Source: Deltaproteobacteria bacterium (GTDB taxonomy: Bacteria > Desulfobacterota > BSN033 > UBA1163). From it: a stretch of 53,670 nucleotides of DNA. Location: contig JBBIRM010000005.1 in NCBI GenBank assembly GCA_037441765.1, forward strand, positions 1,520 to 55,189, in the 5' to 3' direction. Below are positions 43,825 through 52,798 of the stretch, in pieces. A program made the translations under genes and the position numbers. Below the pieces are notes generated by a model. It was not told where the DNA came from. It worked only from the letters and a program-made list of their open reading frames with translations, and ran no database searches. Positions within the stretch are counted from its first letter, which is position 1. Each line of letters begins with the position of its first letter.

Positions 43825-46800
43825 TTATTTAACTCTCCCCGCTTTATCAATTTGTGCCACCATCTCTTCATCCGTATAATGTTTTAATTGGATCGCCCCT
43901 GTTGGGCATAAGGAATTGCATAGGCCATCTCCTTTGCAAAGGACTGGATTGACCCTCGCCTTCTCTCCCTGCCGGGTATCATAAAGACCTATCGCCCCAT
44001 AGGTACAGGCCTCGACGCAGGCTCCACATCCCATACACTTCCTCTCATCCACCATACAGACGGATCCTGAAATCACAACCGTATCATGGGAAAGAAGTGT
44101 CATGACCCTTCCCGCTGCCCCGTAAGCCTGGCTCACGGCCTCGGTAAGCAATTTGGGATATTGAGCCATTCCGCAGAGGTAAACACCATCCTCGCCAAAA
44201 TCGACAGGCCTCAATTTGACATGGGCCTCTTTGAAGAAACCGTCCTCTCCCAGTAACGCTTTAAAAAGCTGAGAGACTTCTTTGTTCCCATGAGAAGGTA
44301 TAACGGCTGCGGCCAGGGAAACCAAATCTGTATCAATTTCGAGCCTCTGGCCTAATATAAGATCTGAGACAGTTACCCTTAAAAGATTCTGTCCCCCTTC
44401 CTCCACCACTTCAACCTTAGGTGGATCCTCAGGCTCGTAATGGATGAACTTTACCTCCCTCTCACCTGCTAACCTGTAATAGTCTTCATTAAACCCATAG
44501 GTTCTCATATCTCGAAAGAGAATATAAATATCCATATTGGGGTTTAACTCTTTTAGTTTGAGAGCATTTTTGATCGACTCACTGCAACAGATTCTCGAAC
44601 AGTAATTTCTTTCCTCATTTCGACTTCCAACGCACTGGATCATCACAAGACTTTGGCAATTGAGTATTTTTTCATCTCTTCGAGCAATCTTTTCTTCCAA
44701 CTCTAAGTTGGTCATCACCCGATCATCCTTCCCATAGAGATACTCTGAGGGTTTATATTCCTCAGCACCTGTAGCAATGACCGTGGCCCCGTGTTTAATC
44801 TCAATTGCCCCATCGCCTGAAGTGACCTTCGTCACAAAATTTCCCACATAACCTGTCACTTCTGAAATGACTGCCTCTGTAAATACATGGATGAGGGGAT
44901 GATGATAGACCTTCTTGATAAGATCCTGTAGAAAAGACCCTACATCAACACTATTGAGGAGGTAGTGAATCCTTTTGGCCATCCCCCCGAGTTCTTTCTC
45001 CCTTTCGATTAAATAGACCTCATGTCCCTGATTGGCTATGGAGAGGGCACAGGTCATCCCCGCCACCCCTCCTCCTACAACCAGGGCATTCTTATTCACA
45101 GGAATTTCATATTCTTGCAATGCCTCTAAACGGAGCGCCCTGGCTAAGGACATCCTAAGTAGGTCTTTTGCCTTTTCTAAGGCCTCTTCTTTATCTCGGG
45201 AATGTACCCAGGAACAATGCTCCCTGATATTGGCCATATCTACGAAATATTGATTGATTCCTCCTTCTCTTATGGAATCCCTAAAAGTCGGCTCATGGGT
45301 CTTGGGGGTACAGGCAGCAACCACAACCCGATTTAGCCCTTTCTCTCGAATCACATCCATGATCTGCCTGGTAGACTCCGTGGAACAAGAAAAGAGTTGC
45401 TCTTGAGAATGAACAACGTGTGGCAGGCCTAATGCATATTCCACCACTGCGGGAACATCAACCACCCTTCCAATGTTTGCTCCACAATGACAGACAAATA
45501 CGCCAACCTTCGGCTCCTCTTTTGAGACATCCCTTTCCGGGGGATAGACCCTTCTGGTGGTCAGCTTATCTCGTCGATAGTCAAGGAACTGACCGCACTG
45601 GGAACTTGCACCACTTGCGGTGAATACCGACTCTGGAATATCGATCGGTCCCCCAAAGGCTCCGCTAACAAAAACTCCAGGTCTACTTGTTTCAACGGGA
45701 TTAAAAGGATGGGTCTGACAGAATCCATGGGGTTCAAGTTCTATACCTAATCGATCTGCCAAGGCCTTTGCTTGTGCAGGTGGGGTTAATCCAACAGATA
45801 AAACGACCATTTCAAACTCTTCGTCTTTCACCCCTTCCTCTGGGGTTGTATATCTTATGACAATGTTTTTCGTCTCTGGAACTTCTCTGACAACGGTTGC
45901 ATAGCTTCTAATAAACCGAACCCCTGGAAGCGCCTCCGCCCGTTGATAGAATCGTTCAAAATCCTTTCCAAAGGAACGGATGTCATTATGGAAGACAACA
46001 CACTCTGCGTCTGGATGATGATCTTTGGTTAAAATCACCTGTTTTTGAGTGTAGGTACAGCATACGGACGAGCAGTAAGTATTCCCACCTGGAGTTACCT
46101 GTCTTGAACCTACACATTGAATCCAGGCTATTTTATGGGGGTGCCTCAAATCTGAAGTTCTTCGAATCTCCCCCTCATAAGGACCCGTGGAGCTTAAAAT
46201 CCTTTCGTAGTCCATGCTCGAAATGACATTTGCCATCTTTCCATAGCCGTACTCATTTTTCGCCTTTGGGTCAAAGGGCATGAACCCTAAGGCAAGGACG
46301 ATGGCTCCAACCTTTATCTCCTCCCTCTCCGGAGTCTGTGTAAAATCAATGGCCTTCTTCTCACAGACCGCTTCACAGATGCGACATTTTTTCTCCTTCA
46401 GATAAAGACAGTTTTCATCAATATAAGAGATCAGGGGGATGGCTTGTGAGAAGTAGATGTGAATTGCCTTATTCCTTGAAATCTCTTGATTAAAAGGGTC
46501 AGGGATTTTCACAGGGCAGTATTCATTGCATGTCATGCAACCTGTACACTTACTTTCAATCACATACCTGGGCTTCCTAAGCAGTGTAACCCTGAAGTCC
46601 CCTGCTTCCCCCTCAATCCTATCCACTTCTGTATAGGAAATTAACTCAATATTTGGATGCCGGCCGACCTCGACCAGTTTGGGCGAAAGGATTCAGATGG
46701 AGCATTCATTGGTGGGGAAGGTCTTGTCCAGCTGAGCCATATGACCCCCGATCGATGGGGCGCTGTCCACCATATAAACCTTAAACCCCGAATTACCGAG

Positions 46801-46908
46801 GTCGAGTGCAGCCTGAACACCGCTGATCCCGCCTCCCACCACCATCACATCACCAAAATTCTTTGTCGCCAGCCTTTTAAAAAATTGTTCCAATCTCTCT
46901 TCTTCCAC
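43825..46908 (-). CDS. bamE: HdrA-like FAD/Fe-S protein, selenocysteine-containing, about 1027 aa (BamE-like)
   Basis: The 71-aa and 933-aa track ORFs are in one frame: ...[17 protein letters not shown] ... [44 protein letters not shown]... The TGA (46693-46695) aligns with the second Cys of the HdrA CSxC(ILAPK) motif. There are further dinucleotide-binding motifs ([12 protein letters not shown]) and several 4Fe-4S motifs. Confidence 0.85.
46660..46677 (-). promoter_or_regulatory. SECIS-like hairpin of the bamE-like gene
   Basis: The mRNA reads CUGGUC-GAGGUC-GGCCGG: 6 bp including two G:U pairs and a GGU-containing loop, 15 nt after the UGA. Confidence 0.4.
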
Positions 46909-46975
46909 TTCTCTTTAACCTCGTCTCTGATTTTAAACAGGGCTCACTTAACACTAAATCCTGATAACCCCAGCT

Positions 46976-47001
46976 AACCTCCCCCCGAGTTAGGGAGGGT
47001 T
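46976..47001 (-). other. Intercistronic hairpin pairing an anti-SD-like arm with an SD-like arm (bamD/bamE junction)
   Basis: The mRNA reads UAACCCUCCC-UAACUCGGG-GGGAGGUU. It starts inside the TAA stop of the bamD-like gene and shares AACCCUCCCU with the hairpin at 48182-48227. Confidence 0.5.
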
Positions 47002-48154
47002 AAATCACCTCCTGGACGATCTCCGTAATATCTCTAATCTCAAGGGTTTCATTCTCCTTAAGGAGGGACTTACTATCCTCAAATTGGGTAATACAATATG
47101 GGCATGAAGTAACCAACACCTCTGCCCCAGTCTCTATGGCCTGTTTCAATCGAAGATCAGAAAATCTCTCACCCCTTGCGGTCTCCATCCACACCCTGCC
47201 CCCTCCCATCCCACAGCAGAGGCTTTTATCCCTTGAATCAGCCATCTCCACCAACTCCAAGCCAGATATCCTTTTTAATACCTCCCGAGGTTCTTCGTAG
47301 ATGCCATTATGCCTGCCAAGATAACAGGGATCATGATAAGTGACTCTCTTTTTATACTCCCTGTTAATCTCAAGCCTCCCTTCTTGCATTGACTTATATA
47401 AGAATTGGGTAATGTGGATGACCTCAAAGGTTGCCTTAAATTCAGGATATTCATTTAGAAAAGTATGATAGCAATGAGGAGAAGTGGTAAGAATCTTCTT
47501 CACCCCATGATCGATAAAGGCCTTTATGTTTTCACGGGCCAAGCGTTTGAATAAATCCTCATTGCCAGAACTCCGAACGCTCTCCCCACAGCAATTCTCC
47601 TTTGAACCAAGTAGTCCAAAATCAACGCCTACTTTATTTAGAATTTGAGCGGTAGCCTGGGCAACCTTCCTTAGTCTCGGCTCATAACTGGGATAACAGC
47701 ATGGAAAATATAAAAAATCTGTCCCCTCGGCGAAGGGCTTTATAAAAAGGGACTCTGCCCACTCAGCCCTGTCTTTCTCCTGTCGAAATGGATTCCCCAC
47801 ACTGGCAATGCTTGTCATCGCACTCCGAAGGTTAGGTAGGCTTGCAGGGACTACACCATCTGGCACCAAGATTCTCCTCATAGCCCTCATAACATCGATG
47901 ATCTTTACCCCCCTTGGACATTGATCAACACAATTTCGACAGGTGGTGCAGAGCCACAGGTCTTCAGACTCAAAAGGGACCAGACCGAATTGGGCCTGAT
48001 GGATTAACCTTCTAATAAAAAATTTCCTGACCTGATTCCATGGGCAAACTGTTTCGCATTTTCCACATTGATAGCAAAATTTGTTGGCCTCTCCACCCGC
48101 CTCTTTAATCCCATCAATGACCACCCTAAAAGGGGTTAGGGGAATAATTTCCAT
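47000..48154 (-). CDS. bamD: HdrD/GlpC-like Fe-S oxidoreductase with two [4Fe-4S] motifs and two CCG domains (BamD-like)
   Basis: CYQCGKCETVCP, CTTCRNCVDQCP, and CCG-type regions (NCCGESV ... SPHCYH; SLCCGMGGG ... CPYC). 384 aa. Confidence 0.75.
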   Translation of the reverse strand: MEIIPLTPFRVVIDGIKEAGGEANKFCYQCGKCETVCPWNQVRKFFIRRLIHQAQFGLVPFESEDLWLCTTCRNCVDQCPRGVKIIDVMRAMRRILVPDGVVPASLPNLRSAMTSIASVGNPFRQEKDRAEWAESLFIKPFAEGTDFLYFPCCYPSYEPRLRKVAQATAQILNKVGVDFGLLGSKENCCGESVRSSGNEDLFKRLARENIKAFIDHGVKKILTTSPHCYHTFLNEYPEFKATFEVIHITQFLYKSMQEGRLEINREYKKRVTYHDPCYLGRHNGIYEEPREVLKRISGLELVEMADSRDKSLCCGMGGGRVWMETARGERFSDLRLKQAIETGAEVLVTSCPYCITQFEDSKSLLKENETLEIRDITEIVQEVI

Positions 48155-48181
48155 GAGTTTCTACCCTCTTTTCTCATAATG

Positions 48182-48227
48182 AACCTCTCCTCCCCTCCCC
48201 CAAAATAAGGGGAGAAAGGGAGGGTTT
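48182..48227 (-). other. Intercistronic imperfect hairpin (bamC/bamD junction)
   Basis: The mRNA reads AAACCCUCCCUUUCUCCCC-UUAUUUU-GGGGAGGGGAGGAGAGGUU. A pyrimidine-rich arm pairs with a purine-rich SD-like arm, with several mismatches. Confidence 0.45.
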
Positions 48228-48230
48228 ACG

Positions 48231-48773
48231 TTATTCCTTCTGAGACATTCTGGCCATAGCGTCGATGACCTTATCCTTCCCATATTTATCGATAAGGGAT
48301 TCCAAACCTATTTCCAGTTCATTCAGTTTTAATTCCTCTTCAAACTCCTCCTCTCTTTCCTCGTAAACCAAGGCATCGCTCAGACACCACTGGACGCACA
48401 TGGGTTCAGAGAGGGGAGGCTCCTCCTCACACATATCGCATTTAAGAGGTAGTTTGGAATCTGGCTCCTTAAAAATGTCCCTCGATGGACAGGAAGCACC
48501 ACAGAAGGCACAGTCAGAGTACTCCTTTCCATCAAGGATATATTTGTTTCTACCTGCACATTCGGCAGGTGTATACTCACTGGCATAGACAGGAAGGTAG
48601 ATGTTTTTTAATGGATCAAAAAGGATCCTAATCCGGGATCTGTTTGGATTGTTACTACTATATTTAGGCTTTGCATGAAAAGCAGAACAGATCACCTCGC
48701 AGGCCCGGCAACCATTACATTTCTCTACATCTATCTTTATTACCCTTACTTTTCTCTTTTTCTTCTCACTCAT
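48231..48773 (-). CDS. bamC: Poly-ferredoxin-like Fe-S protein (BamC-like)
   Basis: CNGCRACEVIC, CAFCGASCP, CDMCEEEP ... CVQWC; 180 aa. It lies 42 nt downstream of the AOR-family gene. Confidence 0.7.
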   Translation of the reverse strand: MSEKKKRKVRVIKIDVEKCNGCRACEVICSAFHAKPKYSSNNPNRSRIRILFDPLKNIYLPVYASEYTPAECAGRNKYILDGKEYSDCAFCGASCPSRDIFKEPDSKLPLKCDMCEEEPPLSEPMCVQWCLSDALVYEEREEEFEEELKLNELEIGLESLIDKYGKDKVIDAMARMSQKE

Positions 48774-48815
48774 CTTGGTTCCACCCTTTTAATTTTATCT
48801 CTTTTTTCCCCAATA

Positions 48816-50804
48816 CTACTTGGATGGAGAGGTCTCGTGATTGGTCAGAATGCCCCTTTGTAGAAAGTCCTCCGTCACATAATCTAACCTTAACCGATTC
48901 AAATTCTCCTTTGTAGGAATTCCCCTCTCATCCCATCCCTTAAACCGATAATACTCCTCTAAGAGCTTTGCTTCATACTCAGGAAATCTTTTCTTCCAAT
49001 GATCCTCGGGAGGACGTTCGTCTTCCCTCTTTAAGCCTCTTCTAATATTGACCGCCCGAACTAAGTTTCGATTTCTGCTGGCTATCGTCCACAATTCATT
49101 CTCATCTATATCCATCCCGCTTGCATGGGAGATGATAATGGGTAGATTGTGGATGTGATAGGGAGGTTTTATAGGAAAGGATGATAGTCCTGCACAGATT
49201 CCAATGGAATCATCGATATAGTGCATGATCTCCTGCCAGTCGACAAGCTCGCAGACTAAATCAATGGTAGGATAAAAGGGAAAAGAAGTTCCAGGTTCTC
49301 CCCATTCTAAGATAAATCTTTTAAACCTCTCCTCTTTTCCGGTTGGAATATGAATCCAATCCTTCACAAACTCTTCCCTCTCTTCTCTCATTGAAAATGG
49401 CGCCTGGGGAATCTGACCTTCTATCTGGGTGATGTTGATCTTCTCTCCTGTTGACCACATCAGATAGTAGATGGGATTCGTGACTCCCAATTTGATTGGT
49501 ACCTGTTCATGTTTTTTGATGGTATTGTGATCATAAGCCTCTGCTCCCTTCCCAATCTTTCTTGCTGCCCAGTAAACTCCGTCGGCCAAAACCTCTCCAA
49601 TGCCTTCCCTCCTTACAATTCTATCGAGGAGCCAGTTAAACCTCCCTTCAATATCCTCAGGCATCCCTTTCAGATCATCATCAGTGAGAATGCCTGCCTC
49701 ATAAAGTTCCAGAGCAAAGGCCAAAACCTGAGGTGTGGTAAATCCATCAACTCCATAATGTTGAGCCCGGGCAGCAATCTTTAAACCAAATTCGAGGTCA
49801 TCTACCATAGCAGCCATCGTATAGGTAAGTTTTGAGAAACATTTCATGATGTAAGGGGGATGTCCTGGAAGTTGAATGATTCCTGCACATCGTACAGGGC
49901 AATTGTAGCAACTGATTAATCGTCTCCGTGCCTTCTCCAATGCATCTGTCCACATCTTTTCAACTTCTTTGTTCCAGAAGCCTTTTCTTCGATGTCGGGC
50001 ATGCCCCCATGCAAAACTAATTGTATGCCACTCCTCATCATGTAAGGCCATCTCCTGTGGAGAACCAATTCGGGCTAAGATGGGCGGGACCCCTGGAAGG
50101 GGATTATTCAACCTGTGCTCTATGTATTTAAGGATTTCATTGCATTGATCGATCAGTTCATTGGGTCGCGCAATATTGAGGTCTTTCGTTCCTCGAACCG
50201 CTATGGCCTTTAACTTTTTGTCTCCCATAATTGCCCCTAATCCCAATCGACTTGCACTTCCTCGGTGGGTCTCGATAGAGGCAAAATAGACTCTATTCTC
50301 TCCAGCAAGCCCAATTGCCATCACCTGAGCCCTGGGTTCTTTCAATTCCTCTTTAATCATCTCAGCGGTCTCATAGGTGCTTTTACCCTGAAGGTGGGTC
50401 GCATCCCTTATCTCCACTTTATCATTATTTATCCAAAGGTAGACCCATTGGGGAGATTTCCCACGAATAATGACCTTATCATAACCTGCGAATTTCAACT
50501 CGGGTGCCCAAAATCCTCCCACCATAGAGAATGCCATCAACAGGGTCTGTGGAGAAATGGAAGATATAATGGTCCGATTAGCCCCGGGCACTGGAGTACC
50601 ACCTAATAGGCCACTGCTAAAGATCAGGAGGTTATCCGGAGAAAAGGGGCCTATCTCTGGAGAAACCCTGTCCCATAATATTTTTGCATTTGTCCCAAGA
50701 CCTCCCAAATATAGTTCAGTCATCCGCTGATCAGTGCTGACTCGCTCAATACTTCCCTTAGAGAGGTCAACCTCTAAGTTATACCCAGTCTCTGCATACC
50801 TCAT
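48816..50804 (-). CDS. bamB: Tungsten/molybdopterin aldehyde:ferredoxin-oxidoreductase-family protein, BamB-like
   Basis: AOR-family N-terminus (MRYAETGYNLEVDLSKGSIERV ... YLGGLGTNAKILWD), Fe-S motif LISCYNCPVRC and an AOR C-terminal domain. 662 aa. Its context (Fd, HdrD, HdrA-Sec, MvhD-Sec) matches the bamBCDEF order. Confidence 0.7.
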   Translation of the reverse strand: MRYAETGYNLEVDLSKGSIERVSTDQRMTELYLGGLGTNAKILWDRVSPEIGPFSPDNLLIFSSGLLGGTPVPGANRTIISSISPQTLLMAFSMVGGFWAPELKFAGYDKVIIRGKSPQWVYLWINNDKVEIRDATHLQGKSTYETAEMIKEELKEPRAQVMAIGLAGENRVYFASIETHRGSASRLGLGAIMGDKKLKAIAVRGTKDLNIARPNELIDQCNEILKYIEHRLNNPLPGVPPILARIGSPQEMALHDEEWHTISFAWGHARHRRKGFWNKEVEKMWTDALEKARRRLISCYNCPVRCAGIIQLPGHPPYIMKCFSKLTYTMAAMVDDLEFGLKIAARAQHYGVDGFTTPQVLAFALELYEAGILTDDDLKGMPEDIEGRFNWLLDRIVRREGIGEVLADGVYWAARKIGKGAEAYDHNTIKKHEQVPIKLGVTNPIYYLMWSTGEKINITQIEGQIPQAPFSMREEREEFVKDWIHIPTGKEERFKRFILEWGEPGTSFPFYPTIDLVCELVDWQEIMHYIDDSIGICAGLSSFPIKPPYHIHNLPIIISHASGMDIDENELWTIASRNRNLVRAVNIRRGLKREDERPPEDHWKKRFPEYEAKLLEEYYRFKGWDERGIPTKENLNRLRLDYVTEDFLQRGILTNHETSPSK

Positions 50805-50824
50805 CTTTTTCTCCCTATAAAACT

Positions 50825-50838
50825 TGTGAATATTTACA
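50825..50838 (-). promoter_or_regulatory. Imperfect 14-bp palindrome between the candidate promoter and the bamB-like start
   Basis: TGTGAATATTTACA has half-sites TGTGAA/TGTAAA with one mismatch. It is flanked by the direct repeat ACTTGT and lies 21-34 nt upstream of the ATG. Confidence 0.25.
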
Positions 50839-50847
50839 CTTGTCTTT

Positions 50848-50876
50848 ATATAACAAAATTTTGGTCTTTATCTCAA
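50848..50876 (-). promoter_or_regulatory. Candidate sigma70 promoter of the bam-like operon
   Basis: On the minus strand: TTGAGA (50876-50871), a 17-nt spacer, then TTATAT (50853-50848). Confidence 0.3.
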
Positions 50877-50955
50877 GAAAAAAATATATTGTACCAAAAA
50901 TTTTTTCCAAAATATAAAATCTCATAAAATTTCAATAAGTTAACCCGAAAAAGAT

Positions 50956-51396
50956 TCAATCCAAATGTTTCCTTAGATTGATAAAAGGAGAACGGTCAAA
51001 CCCTATAGCCTTGAAAAAGGAGAGCATATCCCCTGCATCCCAGCGAACAGAAGTATGGATATCACGAATTCCCTCTTTTTTAAAAAAAGAAAAAAGTTTT
51101 TCTGCTAAGGCTCTACCAATTCCAATTCCCATGTATCTCGGGTGAACTCCCACCACTTCTATCCAACCGCTGTGCTCTAGACCAAATCCCTCTCCTTTAA
51201 TCTCTCCTATAATAAATCCTACCACCTGACCATCCTTTAAAGCGACAAAACCTATTTCTCCCTGTTTTTTAAGATGATCTTTTACCATCTGGACCCACTT
51301 TTTGGAGACCCTTTTCTGTAAAATAGACTCCTGAATGGAGATGATCTCAGAAACATCTTCAATTCTAATCTTTCTGATTTTGATCTCTCTTTTCAT
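50956..51396 (-). CDS. GNAT-family N-acetyltransferase
   Basis: The acetyl-CoA-binding motif VHPRYMGIGIGRAL matches the R/Q-x-x-G-x-G/A pattern; 146 aa. Confidence 0.8.
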   Translation of the reverse strand: MKREIKIRKIRIEDVSEIISIQESILQKRVSKKWVQMVKDHLKKQGEIGFVALKDGQVVGFIIGEIKGEGFGLEHSGWIEVVGVHPRYMGIGIGRALAEKLFSFFKKEGIRDIHTSVRWDAGDMLSFFKAIGFDRSPFINLRKHLD

Positions 51397-51403
51397 TCCA
51401 TTC

Positions 51404-51589
51404 TCAGTCTATTCGAATGATCTTCACGCGTTTCCCCACCCACTCTGGAGGAAGGTAAACCCGGCCACTATTTCCGCTCAGTTTAACCTCCTTTTCGATC
51501 ATCTCCTCCCCGTAGACCTCAAATTTAGACTTATTCTGTATCTGCATCGGAGGGAGGAGATCAAACCTGGGGTCTTTTTTTCGGGCCAT
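51404..51589 (-). CDS. Small AbrB/MazE (SpoVT)-fold-like protein, DUF2080-like
   Basis: 61 aa. VKLSGNSGRVYLPPEWVGKRVKII resembles the GNS..v.lP swapped-hairpin motif. Its stop lies 7 nt before the GNAT start. Confidence 0.5.
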   Translation of the reverse strand: MARKKDPRFDLLPPMQIQNKSKFEVYGEEMIEKEVKLSGNSGRVYLPPEWVGKRVKIIRID

Positions 51590-51637
51590 ATACTCTTCAA
51601 AATAGTTGCAAATTAACTATTAAATAATCACATTATA

Positions 51638-51666
51638 TTTATAATATAGTATAAAAATGTTGTCAA
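51638..51666 (-). promoter_or_regulatory. Strong candidate sigma70 promoter for the AbrB-like/GNAT pair
   Basis: On the minus strand: TTGACA (51666-51661), a 17-nt spacer, then TATAAA (51643-51638). Confidence 0.5.
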
Positions 51667-51720
51667 GTTAAAATTTGGGGACCTCTGAAATAGTATTTAA
51701 AACGAATTTTCAGATCTTGT

Positions 51721-52776
51721 TCAAATCCTTATCGATTTTCGCTGAATCGAAACCTCCCTCCCCTGAATCTTGAGTCCGAGAAACTCCCTTGGTAAATCCT
51801 CTCTTGTTTCTATGGAGACCCTGCTAAGTCTAAACTCCTTCTTAAGTTTCAGGAGATTTTCGTTTTTCTGGCCCCTTAAATTTGATACCTCCTTAGTGCT
51901 ACAAAAGAAGATGGCCTCTTGCCCTTTTGGAAAATCTTGAAGAAGAATCTTGGCCATATCATAAAAAATAGCAGACTCAATCAGTTGACGAAGTGCAGGG
52001 TGATAGGGGCCAGCAAGGAGGTATTCTTCCAGTTCTCTGGTTGGCTGAAGACCTATCCTTGCCACAGGAATGGACTCTCTCTCTAACCGGAGGAGTCCAT
52101 ACTTAAGCCAATCAATCGCCTCTCTCAAGGAAAGGGGATTGTAGTCTCCTGCTCTCCATAAATTTTCCAGGGGGGCACCTCTCAATACCAGTGTAGGGTG
52201 AATTCTCACAAAATCAGGTCTAAGTTCAACGGCTCTTTCAACGCTCTGGAAGAAACGAGAACGATCCTCCCCAGGAAGGCCAACCATCAGATGGAGACCA
52301 ACCTCAAATCCACATGCCCTCAATTCTGAAATGGCAAAAAAGGTCTCTTTTGCCGAATGTCCCCTCATTGAATGGAACAAAATCTCGTCAACCAGGGATT
52401 GGGCCCCTACCTCAACCGTCTTAACCCCATACTGTTTAAGAAGTGAGAGAATCCCTTTATCCAAGGTATCAGGCCGAGTAGATATCCGGATTGAATCTAC
52501 CTTTCCTGATAAGAGAAATGGCTGGACTTCCTCGAGATAGAGTTCCTGGTCTTCTCTCTTTATCGCAGTGAAACTTCCACCATAAAAAGCAACCTGTCTC
52601 ATCTTATTTCTACTATATGGAGAAAATGTCTGTAATGATTTTTCAATAAACTTCTTAACAGATGAGGGAGGAGGAATCTCCTTGGCTACAGCCTTCTGGT
52701 TGCAGAAGAGACATTGCCTCGGGCAACCCAGATGTGGAAGGAAAATGGGAATGATCAAGTGTGAGTTAGGTTCCAT
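51721..52776 (-). CDS. Radical SAM protein (ELP3/COG1243-like radical SAM domain, no fused acetyltransferase)
   Basis: IPIFLPHLGCPRQCLFCNQ carries the CxxxCxxC motif very near the N-terminus, followed by TIM-barrel-like sequence; 351 aa. Confidence 0.75.
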   Translation of the reverse strand: MEPNSHLIIPIFLPHLGCPRQCLFCNQKAVAKEIPPPSSVKKFIEKSLQTFSPYSRNKMRQVAFYGGSFTAIKREDQELYLEEVQPFLLSGKVDSIRISTRPDTLDKGILSLLKQYGVKTVEVGAQSLVDEILFHSMRGHSAKETFFAISELRACGFEVGLHLMVGLPGEDRSRFFQSVERAVELRPDFVRIHPTLVLRGAPLENLWRAGDYNPLSLREAIDWLKYGLLRLERESIPVARIGLQPTRELEEYLLAGPYHPALRQLIESAIFYDMAKILLQDFPKGQEAIFFCSTKEVSNLRGQKNENLLKLKKEFRLSRVSIETREDLPREFLGLKIQGREVSIQRKSIRI

Positions 52777-52798
52777 TTAAATTTGAGATTGATTAGGC

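Noticed and set aside
43825-46908. Reading the split HdrA-like, MvhD-like and thioredoxin-like genes as pseudogenes or 5'-truncated genes.
   Set aside because: In all three the only interruption is a single in-frame TGA placed exactly at a conserved redox Cys. Conserved coding sequence lies on both sides, a proper SD and start sit upstream, and a hairpin lies 15-19 nt downstream. That is the signature of Sec recoding.
46657-46977. A 106-aa plus-strand ORF spanning the junction of the two HdrA-like pieces, and the similar plus-strand ORFs at 43631-43813 and 21310-21674.
   Set aside because: They are antisense shadows of minus-strand genes whose translations carry strong family motifs (HdrA, MvhD, LeuC). 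They appear only because those genes are interrupted by TGA in the track.
50956-52776. A split Elp3: a radical SAM gene plus a separate GNAT two genes downstream.
   Set aside because: A strong independent promoter (51638-51666) and a small unrelated ORF separate them, so co-function is not supported by the layout. The GNAT pairs better with the AbrB-like mini-gene.
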